In this document: positions 37,146-50,675 of the stretch, in pieces
How the letters are laid out: each line of letters starts with the position of its first letter
How positions within the stretch are numbered: position 1 is the first letter of the stretch
Translations under genes and position numbers: made by a program
DNA from: Felis catus
Lineage: Eukaryota
Direction of reading: 5' to 3'
Length of the DNA: 64,000 nucleotides
Assembly (NCBI RefSeq): GCF_018350175.1
Contig: NC_058368.1
Location: forward strand, 200,386,001 to 200,450,000
Notes under the pieces: model-generated
Seen by the model: the letters and a program-made list of their open reading frames with translations, nothing else
The model's database searches: none
What the model was told of the DNA's origin: nothing

Positions 37146-39108
37146 CAACGATGCTCTGTCTTAAAAGTAAAATAGTTCAAGTATTGGGTGTGTTGAAATC
37201 CACACTGGTGAGGAAATCTACTCTAGTTGACCTTTACCCACACTGGATTTGTTTTCCACATTTAGAGCCCCAAAGCTTCTTCCCATCCTTTCTTATATTT
37301 AGCTTGTGGTGTTGTGACCAGAACTTCTGTATTGCTAACATTCTGAGATAATTTCTGGAATCAATGACTCACACTTGGGAAATGTACAAGTGAGTTAAGA
37401 GAGGTGGATCCAGGATGAGGTCTCACCTGTGCATAGAGTGAAGTTTCGTCGAGAAAACTTGGAAGAAGGAGTGGGAGGCAGTGCCATATTTGAAAGCAAG
37501 GAAATTAGAAGTGGAAGCCCATGGTGGAAGTAATACCTGTGTGAAGAGGAGCATAACCTCTCAGTGGGTAGTCCTTTGGATCCTGAAGCAAATCTGTGGT
37601 AGCCAAGAATCTTTTACCAACTTTAACCATTCACCACCTTCGCTACAACTCCACTTACAAATAGCCCTGATCCTTGAGTAAAAAATTGTATACTCTATTA
37701 TTTGTCTAGCCAAGAGAGTCATCTTGGATTAACTGAGGAAATGACTCGTAGTGGAGAAGTGTGGATTTTCTTATTTATATTCCTTTGCAGATGTCCCTGG
37801 AGAGAAAGTGGCATCTTTTTTGGAATTTTGACCTTGGGCTTACAGGTGATGACCAGCAATGCAATGAGTATTAATATATAATAAAACTGAAAGTAATTGT
37901 TGAGATAAAAGCACAAACAAGTGAGGGAATAGAGGTGGAAAATTAAATCCTTCTATGCTAGAAGATGCTGACATAAGAACCAGGTTGGGTGAATGCTCAG
38001 GTTACCCAATTAATGCAATAAAATTGTAATCTGAAACTAAGGCTGCTAAGTATAGACATACTTTCTGGAACCCCCCTCAGAGCTCTAGTTCTGTACAAAT
38101 ACTGTTAGTAAATACAGATATTGGGCATGGAGAAAATTTTTCCCAGACCATAGAATATTTAAGGAACCTGAAGCTATTGTCTACTTGATAGCAAAATTTT
38201 CTCCAATTCTAATAAACCCAAATTGGGCCATATACATGAAAACAAAGGTAATGGAACAGGAATACAGAGACAGGGAATAGAAAGAGACCAGGGGTGCAGG
38301 GTTGGAAAGAAAGAGAGGGCTTTCATACAAGCCATATTGAAGGTGACTTAGGTTCTCTGAGCATGTCCTTGCTTTTCTAGAATTGGTCATCTTCAAGTTT
38401 ATTATGAGGTAATCGCTCTGTTACATTTCTTCTCTATCATCTTACTACCATCTCTAACAGGAAACTCAGCCTCAGGACCAAGGCTAAAGGGAGGCAGAAA
38501 TCTACTACTCATAATTAAAGAATATCAAGGACAATGTTAATTTTCATGTTTGAAATAAAACTTGTCAAATATGTATGTATATTTTTAGATTTAATTCAAT
38601 CTCCTAAGTTCTTTAAAAGCTTCTTAAGCAAATTAGAAATCAAAACATTTATTATGTTATTGAAACAAATAAGAATTTCCCACTTGAATATAAATCTATA
38701 TGTGCTCCTGTTTTTATGTAAGTAGCATTGTCAGTGTCCTTGGTTATTCAGAAAGAAAGAAAAAAGAAATGGACCTTGACTCCAGCAAGTTAAAATATAA
38801 ACTATACACCAAAGATAAAGCAGCAGTGTTATCAGTTACTCAACTTTACATACTTGGGATGGCATTCTTCTTTTGTCAGTGTATAAATTGAAGAGTCATA
38901 TTTGAGTTATAAGGACAGAAGTAATGTCACACAAATTAAAATCCTTTATAACTGTAGATGACATCATTGGTTGCTACAGCTACCTGTGCAGAGGTTGGGG
39001 TGGTTGCTCACCTATAGGGGGAGGAGATGTTCAATAACCCTCCGTTTTCAGTGATTGTGAAAGTCTTCAGTCTTGAATAGTGGCTACAGCAATAAAAAGA
39101 GAACTTGT

Positions 39109-39318
39109 AGGGCACCTGGTGGCTCAGTTGGTTGAGCATCCGATTTCGGCTCAGGTCATAATCTCGTGGTTCATGAATTCGGGCCCCATGTCAAGGTCTG
39201 TGCTGAGAGCTTGGATCCTGGAGCTTGCTTCGGATTCTGTGTCTCCCTCTCTCTGCCCCTCCGCTGCTCATGCTCTCTCTCTCTCAAAAACTGAATAAAA
39301 CAATTAAAAATATTTTAA
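39109..39318 (+). mobile_element. Can-SINE
   Basis: GGGCACCTGGTGGCTCAGTTGGTTGAG head, GATTCTGTGTCTCCCTC, A tail. Confidence 0.92.
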
Positions 39319-39735
39319 GAAGAGAAGGTGTGCTCTTATTAGCCTCTCTGCCTCAAAGTCCCTTTATGCACCTTCTCTTTTGATCCCCCTTCACACTTGT
39401 CAAACAAAACACAATAGAATAAACATAAAAACGAACAAGTTGTTCTATTTATTGCCATAATTCCCTGCTAAAGTTAAATGAGTACGTGTTTGTGTCCTTT
39501 TAAATATACAAGAAAAAGGGAGAAGAACACACTAATATCACAGGAGTTTTTTTTCTTTGATGGATTAGACTATTTAGCATCCCTCTAAACTGTGTGCTGA
39601 TTCTATGTGCGGAAATCAATCTTTTAATTACATAACTTTGATTTTATGTAACTGGATACCAGGAAAAATATTAACAGAAAATACTAGAAAAATATGCAAG
39701 GAATAGGTATGTTTATTTTGGTAAACTTATTTCTT

Positions 39736-39949
39736 TCTTTTTTTTTTAACGTTTATTTATTTTTGGGACAGAGAGAGACAGAGCATGAACGGGGGAGGGG
39801 CAGAGAGAGGGGGAGACACAGAATCGGAAACAGGCTCCAGGCTCCGAGCCATCAGCCCAGAGCCTGACGCGGGGCTCGAACTCACGGACCGCGAGGTCGT
39901 GACCTGGCTGAAGTCGGACGCTTAACCGACTGCGCCACCCAGGCGCCCC
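39736..39949 (-). mobile_element. Very young felid SINE (SINEC_Fc-like)
   Basis: CpG-rich, near-consensus body; perfect 16-bp TSD GGTAAACTTATTTCTT (39720-39735, 39950-39965). Confidence 0.96.
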
Positions 39950-40214
39950 GGTAAACTTATTTCTTAATATTGCCTTTTTGAACTCTATACTACAGCTCGA
40001 TTGTACTACATGAGGTTCCACTGCTTTCTCGCACCTATGTGCCTTTTTTTTTTTTTACTAAACTCTCTGTCTAGAAAGTTCTTTCTATGAATGTTCACAT
40101 AGCTAATTTATCTGTTATGATCTCACTCCAAAAGTTTTTCCTGTCTCCCACACTTGAATTTTATCATCCTAAGGTTTTACTGTAGTAACCTGTGTTTCCT
40201 TACATTGTAGCATT

Positions 40215-42290
40215 GACTTCTTGTTTCCACTCTAACATGTAAAGAGATTGGAATTTATCACTTCTGTCCTACAACTAGGAAAAAAATGACAAACTGAAAA
40301 TAAATGACTTTTCTTTGATACATCAGAGAATTGAGGTTACAGGGAAAATTGCTACCCCAAAATTTGGAGAGACAGACTCACACCCAGAAACACAGTTGAG
40401 CTCTGCGTGTCTGGAATATGAGTTGCTGGAGCCTTGTTACACTGGTAGAAACACTTAAATGTTAATTTTTACAAGTTATTGGAGTCTGAGTGTTAACTGG
40501 CATAAGATTAAGAAACTACTGGGGTGACAGTCTTACGGGAATCACCCCCTTTTTATAATCTTTATTTCTAGCCACCACCTTCCCTTATCCTAAATTCTCA
40601 TGGTGAAGATCTGAGAAAGATACCCTCATGATGCTGGCAGGGGAAGGGAAGGAGTAATCATTGTGAAATATGCCGAGAACTTATACCATATAAAAGGTCT
40701 GTACTCCAGGAGAAATGGCTTTGCCAATATTTTATACTATTTGGAGGAGGGGTATTTCTCCTCCCATTAAACCAACTTGTAGCCTTGCTGTCTCACCTAA
40801 GAGAAGAGAAACACAATTCAAAGAAACAATAACTAAATTTTTTTTTCCAAAATGGATCAGGGATTCAGGGAAATAAATTAGGGGCAATGCTGTCAAGGAA
40901 AGAAGCAGGAGGCAGAGGAAAAAAAAAGTTGTGCCACTGAAGAAGCACTTGTGAATGTCACAGCTCCAAGGCACAGCCTCACTGAAGACGGTGACATTCA
41001 ACTAGAAGGGTATAGAGCTCCCTTCCTCCTCTACATATTACCATAATGCCAGTAATCCTCAAGTATAACAGTGAATTACAGCTGAAAAATATGGATGCTT
41101 CATTTGAAGAATATATAGGGAAGGTCAAAGTCAAGAGGGGATACAAAGCTAAGGACATTAGAGGACTTGGAAGCCTTTGGCACCTATAGCTAGAACACAC
41201 ATTAAACATAGCCTGACTTCTAGCCAGCCTACTGTAAATTCTCACACGAAATACCAGATTACCTCAGTTCTTATTATTTAATACACATGTCCAGTTTTTA
41301 ATAAAAAAAATTCAAGATATGCCAAAAGGCAAGTAAACACAGTATGAAGAGATAAAGCAATAATCAGAAACAGACTCAGACATGAATGTTGGAATTGTCA
41401 GGGAATTTAAAGTAACTATGACTAACATTTTACAGGAGCCGATAGGGCAAAAAAAGATAGACAACAAGCAAGATGGGATAGTATAAGCAGAGACATAAGA
41501 ACTTTAAGAAAGGATCAAAAAGAAATGCCAGAAATAAAGACACTAACGGAAATGATGAATGCCTTTGATGGACTCAACAGTGTGCTCAACATAGCTGAGG
41601 AAGTAAGCTTTTCTACGCCTGAAAATAGGTCAGTAGAAACTTCCCAAACTAAAAAAACAGAGAAAAAAGAGACTGGGGGGAAAAAAAAGAAAACAACTGT
41701 AGGACAATTTTTTATTATTTAAATTTTTACATGATTTTCATTATTTATTTATTGAGAGAGAGAGAGAGAGACAGAGAGACAGAGACAGAGACAGGGAGAG
41801 AGAGAGTACGCAGATGAGGGGCAGAGAGAGAGGGAAACAGAGAATCCCAAGCAGGCTCTGCACTGTCAGTGCAGAGACCAGCATGGGGCTTGATCTCACA
41901 GACCACGGTGAGATCTTGATCTGAACTGAAATCAAGAGTCAGATGCTTAACAGACTGAGCCACCCAAGTGCCCCTGTAGGATAATTTTTGAAAGTGTAAT
42001 ATATACATTGCCAGCATACCTACCAGGAAGAAATGTTCAGTTTTTCAGGCCGAAGAAAATGGATATAGATCAGAAAATTGGATCTATATAAAAAGATTAT
42101 TTAAGAATGAATACATTAAATCAAAAATAAAATCTTTTATTTTTCTTATTATTAACTTATCTAAAAGATAACTGTTCAAAGTAATAATAACAATTCTGGG
42201 TGATTATAGTGTGTGGATAAGTGAAATGAATGACAGCAGTGTCACAAGGGGTGGGAAAAAATACTCTGTTTTAAGGTACTATTCATGAAG
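40215..42290 (+). mobile_element. Old L1 (L1MC/MD-like) 5' UTR and ORF1 remnant, SINE-interrupted
   Basis: 5' end similar to the reverse complement of ~61250-61407; ORF1-like GAAATGATGAATGCCTTTGATGGACTCAACAG..ATAGCTGAGGAA. Confidence 0.75.
41712..41974 (-). mobile_element. Can-SINE
   Basis: TSD CTGTAGGA(C/T)AATTTT; (GA/GACA)n; ends GAGCCACCCAAGTGCCCC. Confidence 0.93.
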
Positions 42291-42736
42291 TGAATTTATT
42301 AGACAATCTACTCCTTTATCTTAGAATTTCCTATTTAAATATATTTATTTTTGGAAGAAAACATTTTTGAAGTAAATAAATTACTCTGCAGTGATTAAAA
42401 ACAACATGATGACAATTTAGGTTTTCTCTATCATTGATTTTTAAGCAACAGAGCCTACAGAAGACTATTGTAAGTAAATTAACTGGATGAATTTCCATGG
42501 GAATTTCAAGTGGTCTCCAATGAACTCATTCTATTTTAACTAGTGTATGTAAAAATTTACTTTTTTGGGATACCACCATTTGTATTCACAGGATGGCATT
42601 AGCAATGGCCTGAATTCATAATAAGACAACGCAAGTTTTTAAAATATTTTCTCTTGAGCTACACTAAAAACCCATTATCTTCTACGAATGACAGTACTAA
42701 CTTGAATTTCATTTCTTTCTCAAGCAGAATAATTTT

Positions 42737-42951
42737 TTAAAACTATTTTTAACGTCTATTTATTTTTGAGACATAGAGAAACAGAGCATGAATGGGGGAG
42801 GGTCAGAGAGAGGGAGACACAGAATCTGAAACAGGCTCCAGGCTCTGAGCAGTCAGCACAGAGCCCGACACCGGGCTGGAACTCACGGACCGCGAGATCG
42901 TGACCTGAGCCGAAGTCGGACGCTTAACCGACTGAGCCACCCAGGCGCCCC
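42737..42951 (-). mobile_element. Young Can-SINE
   Basis: TSD TCAAGCAGAATAATTTT on both sides; CpG-rich body. Confidence 0.95.
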
Positions 42952-44795
42952 TCAAGCAGAATAATTTTATATAAAACCAGTCTAGTGATTCACTGGAAAT
43001 TGATATTCTGCACTGCAATTAAGTAAAGAAAAAGAATCCTGATAAGTATTAGAATGTAAACGTGTACAAAGTATATAATATGAACCTCCAATCACTAACA
43101 GGTAACACATGAGGTAACACATGTCAGTGTAACAGGTAACACGTCAGTGGTGGAATTCATTTGGCACTGACAGGAAACTGAGAAAACTATAAATATAAAT
43201 TTATTTTATATCTATGTTTAGTCTATTTTATATATACTGTATTTAGTACATATTAGTATTTTTTCTATCCTTTGGTATATACATATATATACACCAAAAA
43301 TATATCACCCACATAATGAAATTTAGGATAACTATTGCCATATAACTCTAGGAGATACTTACCCTTAAATCAGAGACCTTCAAATATATACCATTTAAGA
43401 ATGAGTATAATATAATAAAACTGTAGACAAAGTGCTATATTAATTTTTTTCTCAAGCTAATTTAAAAAATATACCATATTTGCATTGGAAAATTTATTTG
43501 GTTTTATTTTCTCCAGCAATTATAGCTCCTCCAGGGCTAATTTATACTTCCCAAATGGACAAATTATAAGGCTACTTACATAATATTTATGCAACATGCT
43601 TTCCACAGGGTTTACATATGAATGTTCTTGTAATGTAAATGTGTGGGGAAGCAGAGGGCAGTGAGGGAAAGACTGGAATCTTATATGTGGTCTAAAAAGC
43701 ACTTCCATTTCCCACTTTTCCCCCTAGTAAATGAAGACAGGATGAATAGCTAAAGTTACTAATTGGTTTACTGATCAGTTGTACTTTGTTCGATTGATTT
43801 GCAATTAATTCTGGTTTGTGGTGCACTGAAGAAGAAGGTTGGCGCCAACCTTTGAGGCAGCTGATACCTAATACCCTGCTGGAGACTGCAGGGCAGGGGA
43901 TCCATATTCGGTCTGGAGATAGCTCCTAGAGCCTTTCATGAAGAATTGCTCTGCTCCATCTTTCTAGGGAGGGTGAATTCATATTATTTGTTTCAAGTGT
44001 TAATAAAACATAAGCTTTTTAATTTTGTGTTTTTAATCAGGAACGAAAATACCACATACAAGCAATTTGGGAGTAAAAATCTTTTTGCTCATTTTCTTTC
44101 CTCCTTTCTGTACCAAAAACTGTATGTAAAGTCAGTTATGGACACACATGAGCACCACACACACACTCACAATCCCAGGTGGCTAAGGAGAAGCTGATGA
44201 ACTCTTCCCCTAAGGAAAAAAATTAATGAAAACTTAAGTATTAATCTTCCTAGGTTAATTTTAAATGTAATTTCTTTTTTTAAATATCAGAGTCAGAGGC
44301 TGAAGAAATGAAGCTATAATATTTAGATTACCATCAGGAGACAATCATGGGTTAAAAATGTACAAAGAAAAAATACCTTATTGGTCTTCATGACATTATG
44401 TATTTGCTGACTCTGCTAATATTATTCCCTGTCTGCCACACCCCCACTAAGAAAAGTATCAGTTTCATGCGTTCTGTTCTTAAGTGACTTTTTCTGTCCA
44501 TGTCCAATCTTTTATAAGATTTTTCATAGTGTCATTTACTTGCTATATCTTCTACAGATCAGGAATATATTGATGTCAATACTATAAAATTATATGGCTC
44601 TGTTTAATAAGAATTAAAATAATACATATTTTTCTCATTCTAAAATCCTCTTGTATAGATACAAAATGCAAATTTTCACAAAAATATTTTGAACGTTATT
44701 TTTATATTTTCGTAATGGTAAAATGTGTCTTGTACTAACTGCTGATTCTCTGAAATATGTGAGCATTTTTCTTTCACTAATATCTGGATAGCTAC

Positions 44796-45215
44796 TGTAA
44801 GAGTTAGGATTGCATTAGAGTACACTTAACAGAAGCTTAACAAAGTGGCTTAGTAAATAAGCGTTTACTCCTGACGTGGAGCCTAGGGTTAGGGAAGTCA
44901 TGGTTGATAATGCTGCTTAAGAATCAGATTCCTGTCTTCCTACTTTGCATGCTTAGGGTATGACTGATTGTCATGTTTGATAATCATCTGTCCCACTTCC
45001 CAGGTAGAAGGATGGATGAAGGAAAAAAAGAAGCAAAAAGCCCAAACAACCTGGTCTGGTTTGTCCAGTGACTTGAGCTTATTGGTTAGGAGTACATCAC
45101 ATGGATATACTGAATTACTAGGAATTCTGAAAAATGAGTATGTTGGATTGGCACATTGCCAATTAAAACAAAAATAGAGTTCTATTGAGAAGGAGAAAAT
45201 GAGAATTGGGAATTA
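44796..45215 (-). mobile_element. MaLR LTR (MLT1J/K-like)
   Basis: GTTAGGATTGCATT..AGTGGCTTA..; ATTGG..CACATGG..; GGCACATTGCC..AGTTCT.TT..AAGGAGAAAA. Confidence 0.5.
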
Positions 45216-45464
45216 AAAATTTCATATTCACTTGTTGAAGTTAAGATACATTTAAGGCTTCAAGATTCTATTTCTTTTGTTTACTCTATTTGAAATTACT
45301 TATTTAACATTTATGTTCCATCTCTTCCAAATAAAATAAAAGTTCCAATAGAGGAGAGTTCTTATTTTCTTTTTCCTCATTTTATTTTTAGGGCCAGAAC
45401 AGATCTTGAAATATAGTAGTTACTTAATATATATTTGTGGAATAAATGAATTAATGAGCTTATT

Positions 45465-46915
45465 TATTCAATCATTAATTCAGTACAAATATATTGAAAA
45501 TCTACTTTTTATCCCAGTGTTAACCAAAATTCTGGATATTAAAAATACAAACTCAAATAGTGTCAGTTCCTTAAAGTTAAAGTGCTTAAATTTATGATGA
45601 AATCAGTCATGGAAACAGGTGAAATGATGTGTTATAAAACACGATCAAGGTATTTATAAGGACATCTTCCTAGAGATAAGACATTGAAACCCAGGTTCAA
45701 AATAAAAGGGTCTATGAGCCAGAGGAAGTCCAGTAGGGATCTGACAGACAAGAAATGGAGGAGGAAGTATATCAATCAATAAGACAAAAGAGCAGTATGT
45801 GAAAACCCAGGAGATCCTGATACAGTCAGGAGACTAAATAGATTAATATAATGAAACAAGGGCTTGTGTATGTTGAGCATTGGGAAGGGAATGGCAGTGG
45901 GAAGGTGTTGATTGTAAAAGGAAGGTTGAAATTATAAAACATAACATCGGAGACAAAAAGGTCAGATTTTGAAGAGTTTATTAGTCAAGCTAAGGTGTTT
46001 GATGTTGAAGGCAAATAGAAAATTTGAAACTGCATAACATGATTTGCTTTTTTAAAGTATGCAAAGTAAATTAAAGGTAAGAAAAAACCTGAGAGCAAAG
46101 GAGACAATTTAAAACAAGTTTCTATAAATCAGGAGAGAAATTATGAGAATGTGACTGAAGGATAAGGGATTAAAGAGAGGCGATAGATGCAAGAAGACAG
46201 AAATTATAAGACATGGAAGTGGTTTAGGTGGTGGGTTGGTGTGGGAAAGGGAGGAGGCATGGGCAATTGATGATTTCTGAACTGGTTAGACAGAAACTGG
46301 AGGTTTATACCTTAGGGGCGATGAAATGAAGAGTTCAGTTTCGCATGCATTCAACTGCAGTTTCAAGACATTTGGTGGAGTCATCTAGTTTGTCAGGGCT
46401 CTGAGAAGAGAAGTGGGTAACAAATTCATCTGTAAGAAGTGAATAAACAATGTGTAAGTTTATCCATGGGAATGAATATATTCAACTGGGCCTGGGGGGT
46501 TGAAAAAGATGGAAGAGAGGGGCGCCTGGATGGGCTCAGTCGGTTGAGTGTCCAACTTTGGCTTAGGTCATGATCTCACCTTTTCGTGAGTTAGAGCCCT
46601 GTATCTGGCCCTTGGCTATCAGCATAGAGCCTGCTTCAGATCCTCCGTCCCTGCCTCTCTCTGCACCTCCCTTGCTACACTCTCTCTCTCAAAAATAAAT
46701 AAACATTTGCAAAAAAAACAAAAATGGAAGAGAGAGCCAAGGACAGAAATCTACAAACACCAAGAGTTTAAAGACTAATGAGAAAGGAGAACTTCATGAA
46801 GACATTGATAAAAAGTGACTACAAAGTGAAACAGAAAACAGAAGAGAAAGATGCCATGGAAGATAAAGGTGGGCACTTTTCAAGAAGGCAATGGTGCTGA
46901 GTCAATTCCCAGAGA
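45465..46915 (-). mobile_element. L2 (long decayed fragment), SINE-interrupted
   Basis: Reverse L2 3' end (TCATT..CAAATATATTGA..CTAC), GAGTTCAGTTT, AGAGCCAAGGACAGAA motifs. Confidence 0.65.
46519..46722 (+). mobile_element. Can-SINE
   Basis: GGGGCGCCTGG head; TSD ATGGAAGAGA. Confidence 0.92.
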
Positions 46916-47475
46916 GTCAGCCATCATTACTTACATGGTTCCTTTCTTGTAGAGGATGCTATTATTGTAAAAATATCTCTTTAACATTTATAACTGAGGG
47001 AGGCCTAGATCCTTAACAGAATGGTTCTGTACTAAATCCAGCATCTCTCAGAGCATCTACAAAGTTTTGGACACATGACTGGTATTCAAGTGACTTTTTA
47101 TTACTCAGTATCCTACAAATTCAAACGTAGAATGAGGGTTGGAGAATAGAATTTCCTCTCATTTAGTGAAAATCAAAAATTGCAGACTTCATTTTTAAAC
47201 CTTAAAGGACACTTCATAAACAGAAATACAACTGAGTAATAAATTGTTGAAAGTTAAAGAAAAATAAATATACACCTCACAAAAGGCCTAAATTAATACA
47301 GGTTATATTAAACGACTATTAGAATGAGATATTTGATAATGTCTTCCTACAATAGCTTTTGGATTGTTTTAAGGCTATTTATTTATATTTAATGGATTCT
47401 ATTTCTATGTAAGAATATGGTCATTTAGAGAAGAGGTCATTTAGAGTTTGTTTGGTTCCCACTCTTCCTCCCTCA

Positions 47476-49203
47476 CTTTATTGAAATATAATTGATATAT
47501 AACATTATATAACTTTCAGGCATAAGATGTATTGATTTGATACACTTACATGTTAATAATAATTACCACCATAACATTAGCTAACACCTCCATCATGTCA
47601 CATAATGATTATTTTTGTGGTGACAATATTTAAGATCTACTCTCTTAGCAACTTTCAAGTATATAATATGGTATTATTAACTATAGTCATCATGTTGCAC
47701 ATTAGAGTCCCAGAACTTATTCATCCTTAACTGGAAGTTTGTACCCTTTGACCAACATCTCCTCATTTCCCTCACCTTTCAGCCCCTGGTAACCACCATT
47801 CCACTCCCTGGTTGTAGGAGTATGCTTTTTAAGATTGCATGTATAATTTGTATCATTTAGTATTTGTCTTTATTTGACTTACTTCACTTAGCATAATGCC
47901 TTCATATTGGGCCATACATATTGTTGCAAATGGCAGGATTTTTTCTTTCTCATGGTTGATATATATTATAATACTATATATGTATAGACATAGATGACAT
48001 AGATATAGATAGGTTGCTGGATCTCTTTTTTTAAAGTTAATTAATTTATTTTGCGAGAGAGAGCACATATGTGAGAGCATGCATGTGAGCCAGGGAGGGG
48101 CAGAGGGGGAAGAGAGAGAGAATCCCAAGCAGCCTCTGCTCTGTCAGTGCAGAGCCCAATCTGGAGCTCTATCTCAGGAACCATGAGATCATGACCTGAG
48201 CTGAAATCAAGTGTCAGTTCAACCAACTGAGCCACCCAGGAGCTCCAGATGGATCTGTTTTTCATTTTTTGAGGAATGTCCATGTTGTTTTCCTTAGTGG
48301 CTAAACCAGTTCATATTCCAACAACAGTGCACAAGAGTTCCTTTTTCCCCACAACTTCACCAACACTTATCTTTTGTCTTTTTGATGATAGCTATTCTAC
48401 TAGATGTGAGGTGATATCTTATTGAGATTTTGATTTGCATTTCTCTAATTATCAGTTACGTCAAGCATCTTTTCATGTACCTGTTGGCCATTTGTATATC
48501 TTCTTTGGAAAAAGACCTATTCAGTTCCATTCCCCGCTTTTCTAATTGAATTGTTTGCTTTTTTTCTCTTGAGTTGTCAGTTTTCATATATTTTGGATAT
48601 TAACTCTTTTTATCAGATATGTGATCTGCATACATGTTCTCCCATTGCCTTTTTATTTTGCTGATCATTTCTTCTGCTGTGCAAGAGCTTTTTAGTATGT
48701 ATTTATTTATTTATTTATTTATTTATTATTTACCTAATTATTATTTTCAAATTTTTAGTTCTATGTAGTTCCACTTATTAATTTTTGCTTTTATTGCTTG
48801 TGCTTTTCATGTCATATCGAAAAACACCAATGCCGAGTGGCTTTTTCCTTATGTTTTCTTATAAGAGTTTTATGGCTTCATTTTATATGTTTAAATCTTT
48901 AATCCATTTCCAGTTAATTTTTGTGATTGGTGTAAGGTAGGGTTTGATTTTTTTTTTTTTTTTTTTTGCATGTGGTTATCCAGTTTTCCCAACACCATTT
49001 ATTGAGCAGATTATCCTTTCCCTTTTGAGTATCCTTGGCTCTCTTGTCAAATATTAGTTGCTCATATATGTGAGGGTTTGTTTCTGGATTTCAGTTCCAT
49101 TGGTCTATATGTCTCTTTTTATGCCAGCACCACACTGCCTTGATTACTATACCTTTGTAATATGATCTTAAGTCAGAAAGTGTGATACTTCTAGCTCTGT
49201 TGT
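47476..49203 (-). mobile_element. L1 3' UTR and ORF2 end (L1MA9-like), SINE-interrupted
   Basis: TTTAAGATCTACTCTCTTAGCAACTTTCAAG..CCCAGAACTTATTCATC..GTACCCTTTGACCAAC; CAGTTTTCCCAACACCATTTATTGA. Confidence 0.88.
48026..48246 (-). mobile_element. Can-SINE
   Basis: TSD TGGATCT(C/G)TTTT; typical body. Confidence 0.9.
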
Positions 49204-49489
49204 TTGAGAAGGAGTTTATTTAAAGACATTTTTCCAACAGCATGTAATCTTTAGATTTTTCAGAGGCTAAATCCTAGGCCATGGATTTTCTTTCACTGAG
49301 GACATTTATTCTTTTGGTGACAGTTAATGACTCCCTTTATATTTAATTTTAAGTTTTTATTTTGGACAGCTATTTAATTCAATCATGTTTTTAGGCTTTC
49401 TAATGAGTAAAACAGCACTTACAATTTCACATTTTTGTCAATCTCTGAGTATCAATAATTGGAGATATTGATCAAAAAGTCATGCTTAT

Positions 49490-49702
49490 GGAGCACATGG
49501 GTGGCTCAGTTGGTTAAGCTGCCAACCCTTGATTTTGGCTCAGGTCATAATCTCATGGTCATGGCATGTAGCCCCATCTCTGGGCTCCGTGGTGAGCATG
49601 GAGCCTGCTTGGGATTCTCCCTCTCCTCCCTCTCTCTGTCTCTCTCTCTCTTCCCCTCCCCCACTAATGCTCTTGCTCTCAAAACAAATAAACTAAAATA
49701 AT
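49490..49702 (+). mobile_element. Older Can-SINE
   Basis: GGGTGGCTCAGTTGGTTAAG, GCTCAGGTCAT, GAGCCTGCTTGGGATTCT, (CT)n. Confidence 0.88.
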
Positions 49703-49904
49703 AATTATTTATGATTATTTATTAAAATGATTATATCTAATCATTTTTGCCTAAATATATTAACATTATATTAGACCATATACCCTGCAAATTAGAATGG
49801 ATAGACAGGAAATTTGGGGCTAATATTACAACAAGAATAATGCAAAAGATGTCATGATGACATGGGCATTTTGGGGTGACTGCTAAGTCTGGTTCAAGAA
49901 CACT

Positions 49905-50120
49905 GGGTGCCTGAGTGGCTCAGTTGGTTGAGTGTCCAACTTCAACTCAAGTCATGATCTCATTGAGCTCAGGTTGAGACCCTCATTGGGCTCGGTGCTA
50001 ACAGCTCATAGCGTGGAGCCTGCTTCACGTTTTGTTTGTGTAGCTCTCTCTGTGCCCCTCCTCTGCTTGTGCTCTCTCTCAAAAATAAATAAGTAAACAT
50101 TAAAAAAAATTTTTTTAAAA
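49905..50120 (+). mobile_element. Can-SINE
   Basis: GGGTGCCTGAGTGGCTCAGTTGG head; A tail; flanking direct repeat. Confidence 0.9.
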
Positions 50121-50461
50121 AAGAACCATGGGTGCCTGGCAATATCTTCTTACAAATGCAGGACATTAATTTATTATTAGCATTGTTTACTGTATGTGAA
50201 CAAACAGAGCATAGCTCTCTTACATGGGTCAAAATTCAATCTTATGCCTCATTTTTATCAATTAATTCAAGAAGATTGGCAAAGCCAATTGGTTTAATTT
50301 CTCAATAATATTTCTTTATTTTTTTGTTTTCTCCTATCTTTCAAGATAAAATTAATTGAAAAGAATGTAAATTTTCCAAAGATGTGTAACACCCACTTAA
50401 TACACTGTTAACAATATTGTAGCAATACAGTATTAGCAATACCACTATTAGTCATCTTTTC

Positions 50462-50675
50462 TTTTTAAAATTTTTTTAAGTATTTATTTTTGAAAGAGAG
50501 ACAGAGAACGAGCGGGGGAGGGGCAGAGAGAGACAGAGAGAGACAGAATCCAAAGCAGGCTCTAGACTCTGAGCTGTCAGCACAGAACCCAACATGGGGC
50601 TAGAATTCATGGACCATGAAATCATGACCTGAGCCGAAGTCAGATGCTTAACCAACTGAGCTACCTAGGTGCCCC
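50462..50675 (-). mobile_element. Can-SINE
   Basis: Typical reverse body ending CCTAGGTGCCCC. Confidence 0.92.

Noticed and set aside
44558..44610. Acceptor TCTTCTACAG followed by a short frame (DQEYIDVNTIKLYGSV*)
   Set aside because: No donor or other support; expected by chance.
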